From contig JAFWDK010000001.1 of the NCBI GenBank assembly GCA_017513085.1, forward strand, positions 34,991 through 98,990: a stretch of DNA of 64,000 nt. The letters are read 5' to 3'. Below, one piece after another: positions 60,901 through 64,000 of this stretch (positions are counted from its first letter, which is position 1; every line of letters starts with the position of its first letter). The translations under genes and the position numbers were made by a program. Origin of the DNA: Clostridiales bacterium (GTDB lineage: Bacteria > Bacillota > Clostridia > Saccharofermentanales > Saccharofermentanaceae). The notes under the pieces were generated by a model. That model was given only the letters and a program-made list of their open reading frames with translations, was not told the origin of the DNA and searched no databases.

Positions 60901-60977
60901 TATTGTGTTTAATTGAGCTGCGAAAGGATCGTCCGGTTTTTCTGTCTGCGAATACTGTTGCAGAACGGAAGCGGACG

Positions 60978-62192
60978 TTACTTGAATATCGCAGGCAGAG
61001 GCTGATTGTACACAAAGTCTTTGCACTGCGAAGTCAGCGCGTCCGCGATCATTTCGTAGAGTTTCTTGAGCTCGGTCCCGTGATCCCACGGATCAGCCTT
61101 CGACGGTTTGAAATCATATCGCGATGTCGCGGAGTCAAGGCTCGGCGGATTCTTCATGAAACAGAAAGGAGCATCTTTACCATCGGAAAAAGCTTCATGG
61201 GTATCGATGTTCTCCATGGCATGTCTCTGGACTTCACGCACGAGTCCGGTCATGGCATCGAGCGCATCCTGGCACGGCTTGTGGGTGATCTGGTTGCTGT
61301 AGGGGCGGATCTTCTCACTCATCAGTTTCGTGCATTCATCGCGGATCTCTTTCATTTTATCCTCGGTAGGCGTCTGCCTTGTCAGGATATTCGTGTAATT
61401 ATCTATGACCTGCATTTTTGTAGACCAGTCATATCTCACCTCGTATTTTCCGGGTGACGACTCTTTAATGCAGTCGTCCAGTCCTCTCTTCTTTAGGTCT
61501 TCCTGATAATCCTGGAGTCTCCTGTTGAAGTATTCCTCCATCACTTTCGACTTCTGTCCCTCGAGTTCTCGGATCTTCAGAGCATAGAACGCCGCGTAAT
61601 CATTGGCTCTACCGGCCGGGATCTCCCTTGTGCGGCTGAGCTGCCAGTTGACTGTTTCGAGCTGGGTGTCGATGCGGGCGTAAAGATCTTCGTCATAATC
61701 TCCCTCGGAGAAATTATCGACCCAGCATAAGTAGTTATAGGAAGCTTCCAGCGGAAATTTCCTGAGCATTTTGTTCACGTGATAACAGGCGTCGCTGAGC
61801 ATTTCGATATCTTTGAGATATTCCCGTCCGGTGTTCAGGCACCGGATCTCATCATCGTCGTAGTCCGATGTGACCAGCCTGCCGTCAGTGTATGACAGTG
61901 TAGTTCCGTTCTTCCGGTAGTAAGTGCGGATCCATCCGCTGTCGCCCAGATCATTCATGTACAGCGCCTTCATCATGTTGTCTGTGGTGCTGAAATCACG
62001 GACATCGATCAGTTTGTTTAAGTGACTGGTAAAATTATTGGTCCGCTGGGCAAACCCGCCAAGTTCATATTCAAATACCTTTTCATCGACAGACAGGAAA
62101 GACATGGCGATCTGCGCATCGTCTTCCTGCTCCTGAAGGAGTTCAAAGCGTTCTTCAATACTAAGCTTATCGAAATCAATACCTTCACCCAT
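60978..62192 (-). CDS. Hypothetical protein, 404 aa, acidic and helical
   Basis: Long ORF with strong RBS aaaggag; no motif recognised. Confidence 0.75.
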   Translation of the reverse strand: MGEGIDFDKLSIEERFELLQEQEDDAQIAMSFLSVDEKVFEYELGGFAQRTNNFTSHLNKLIDVRDFSTTDNMMKALYMNDLGDSGWIRTYYRKNGTTLSYTDGRLVTSDYDDDEIRCLNTGREYLKDIEMLSDACYHVNKMLRKFPLEASYNYLCWVDNFSEGDYDEDLYARIDTQLETVNWQLSRTREIPAGRANDYAAFYALKIRELEGQKSKVMEEYFNRRLQDYQEDLKKRGLDDCIKESSPGKYEVRYDWSTKMQVIDNYTNILTRQTPTEDKMKEIRDECTKLMSEKIRPYSNQITHKPCQDALDAMTGLVREVQRHAMENIDTHEAFSDGKDAPFCFMKNPPSLDSATSRYDFKPSKADPWDHGTELKKLYEMIADALTSQCKDFVYNQPLPAIFK

Positions 62193-62233
62193 ATTCTGTT
62201 CTCCTTTACATCAATGCTGCTGCATCACGGTCA

Positions 62234-63520
62234 TTAGAACCGGATCTCGTAATCACGCACATACCATCTGCCGCCGTTGGTGCGGATAAGATTTCTTCTT
62301 ACCGGACTGCCCAGCTGCTTGCCGTTCTTGTCAAAGGCAATGGTCTGTACGGACGCGTATTCGACTTTATCGCCGTATCTTTCGGCGATCTTCTGCTGAT
62401 CCTCGGAAGAGAGGAAGTAGGAATCAAGACCCTTTTCATCGTTATAGCCCTTGACCACTGTGATCTTGGTGGCATCCGGGACGACTTCGGCATGAACGTA
62501 TTCCCCGTGGAAACGCTCCTGATGAAGATCCCAATGATAAAGAAGCAAAGATTCCTGAGTGGGATTCTGTCTTCTTTCCGGCTGGATGCAGTCGGTATAA
62601 AGATCGTAGTTCTTTTCCTTGATCGCCTGACGGAAGATCTCAACGAGACGTTCCGGAGTTACATCTTCCGGTACGGATTTTTCGGTATACCAGCTTTCCT
62701 TGATCCCGGCGACTTCTTCTTCACCGAGGAAACGTCCGCTGTTTTCACGTTCCGGATCATACAGACCGAGAACATGTCCCGGCACATAGAGAGCGATCGG
62801 TTCAACGACTACTGCGTAGACCGGTCCGCCGACCTTTTTCTGTCCGGCTTCCGGGATCTCCATGGTCACGTCGGTGATCTCACCGAGGACTGTCCAGGTG
62901 TCGACTTCCATCATCGTGGAATCCACAAGCCGGCGGTAACGCTTAACGGCTTCGTAAGGTCCGAGCCACTTTCTGCTGTTGATCTTGACGAAATACATTC
63001 CGGTCGAGCGTTTGCCGACAGAGATGAATTCGCCGGTAACGCCCATAAACTGGTTCATCGGGTAACGGACTTCGTCCAGAATGACGTATTTGCCGGTCAC
63101 TTCATCCATCGAATCGTTCATCGGATCGGGTGCCGGATAGATTTTTTCAAGTGTTTTGTCCGCGTATTGCGCGGTCAGCTCCTTCCAGCCGTTCTCGCTC
63201 TTCTCGCAGTAGAGTTTGCGGATGTTTTCTTCATTTACGAGATACTGGGTCATCGCGCCGGTGATCTCGGTGAAGTTGCCGGTAGAGCCGATGACACAGT
63301 TCCGGGCTCTCTGAAAAAGATCCTTGACCCTCGGGTCATCCGGGGCAAACTCGTTGAGGATCTTGATACGTGATAAAGCATCCTCACGCGAGCGGAAAAT
63401 GCCGGTAGCTCCCTGTGCTCTTTTGACTTCGTTTTCAAATTCTTTCAGATACATCTCCGCCTGCTGTATCCGCATGGTGAGATTGGTGCTGTTAACAGTA
63501 AAAGTTGTGCTGTCGACCAT
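62234..63520 (-). CDS. Hypothetical protein, about 428 aa, possible C-terminal NTF2-like domain
   Basis: RBS gaaagga and upstream TATAAT; TPERLVEIFRQAIKEKNYDLYTDCI...GRWYV. Confidence 0.75.
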   Translation of the reverse strand: MVDSTTFTVNSTNLTMRIQQAEMYLKEFENEVKRAQGATGIFRSREDALSRIKILNEFAPDDPRVKDLFQRARNCVIGSTGNFTEITGAMTQYLVNEENIRKLYCEKSENGWKELTAQYADKTLEKIYPAPDPMNDSMDEVTGKYVILDEVRYPMNQFMGVTGEFISVGKRSTGMYFVKINSRKWLGPYEAVKRYRRLVDSTMMEVDTWTVLGEITDVTMEIPEAGQKKVGGPVYAVVVEPIALYVPGHVLGLYDPERENSGRFLGEEEVAGIKESWYTEKSVPEDVTPERLVEIFRQAIKEKNYDLYTDCIQPERRQNPTQESLLLYHWDLHQERFHGEYVHAEVVPDATKITVVKGYNDEKGLDSYFLSSEDQQKIAERYGDKVEYASVQTIAFDKNGKQLGSPVRRNLIRTNGGRWYVRDYEIRF

Positions 63521-63697
63521 GATTATCATCCTTTCTCAAAGAATCTCTCTTTTAATTATATCATCCGGATATATTCTCTAATACTGCATCAAAAATGACA
63601 GTTCCGCTAAAAATGTCAAGAAAACAAAACCGCCCGTTGGCCGGGCAGAGTCTGTGAACAGTGATCGATGGGAATATCGGGCGGAGGGCTGGCAGGC

Positions 63698-64000
63698 TTA
63701 TTTTGAGTCTTCGGCGTTTTCCTGCTCGATCTGAGGGAAAGGCTCATCCAGATAGACCGTCACCACTACATCGCCGCCGATCTGTCTGCAGGATATATAT
63801 CCGTCATATTTGTTTGCCAGCAGTTCAATGGTCTTAATGCCAAAGCCGTGTTCCTTTGAACCGCCTTTGACGATAAATTCGTTGTTTTCATCCAGCACCT
63901 GACCATTAACGGAATTCGTGATTGTAACGCAGAAGAGTTCTTCGATCTCCTTGATTTCAAGATCGATCCTTTTGTTGAAACCGATGTGCTTAATGGCATT
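63698..64000 (-). CDS. GHKL (AgrC-like) histidine kinase ATPase domain, 3' end only
   Basis: NAIKH (N box), ITNSV, KEHGFGIKTIELLANKYDG (G box). Confidence 0.85.
   Translation of the reverse strand, partial: NAIKHIGFNKRIDLEIKEIEELFCVTITNSVNGQVLDENNEFIVKGGSKEHGFGIKTIELLANKYDGYISCRQIGGDVVVTVYLDEPFPQIEQENAEDSK

Noticed and set aside
60903-61457. 184-aa plus-strand ORF after codB as a third operon gene
   Set aside because: It lies beyond the terminator, is antisense to the 404-aa gene and has no deaminase motifs.

Overview
A 64-kb chromosomal window from a moderate-GC Firmicute. Gene content (AddAB, stand-alone PduL, an enlarged PotA) suggests an Erysipelotrichaceae-like anaerobe; this is inference. 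1-17.9 kb is a translationally coupled surface-polysaccharide operon with three LicD phosphotransferase domains, two HxGH cytidylyltransferases (one fused to a Gfo/Idh/MocA oxidoreductase), a ParB/Srx-fold protein, a ribofuranosyltransferase-like HAD protein, a methyltransferase-kinase-LicD fusion, UDP-xylose synthase and a Wzm/Wzt exporter. It is followed by gdhA, rffA and an fnlA::fnlC deletion scar. The middle is mostly housekeeping: ald, pduL-nagB-trxA, 5'-nucleotidase, potABCD with regulator, a TupA/GT2 islet, MarR-ABC, a MerR regulon, cysE, msrA, MATE, CCA enzyme and addAB. The end holds a frameshifted AGE-family isomerase with a PfkB kinase, an operon of a divergent phosphoribosyltransferase plus codB behind an attenuator-like leader, two orphan proteins and a partial GHKL kinase. 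The best candidates for undescribed biology are the leader-controlled PRTase-CodB nucleobase salvage unit and the CDP-X/LicD glycan-decoration machinery. I saw no tRNA, rRNA, CRISPR array or transposase. All protein calls come from motifs recognised by eye, not from database searches.
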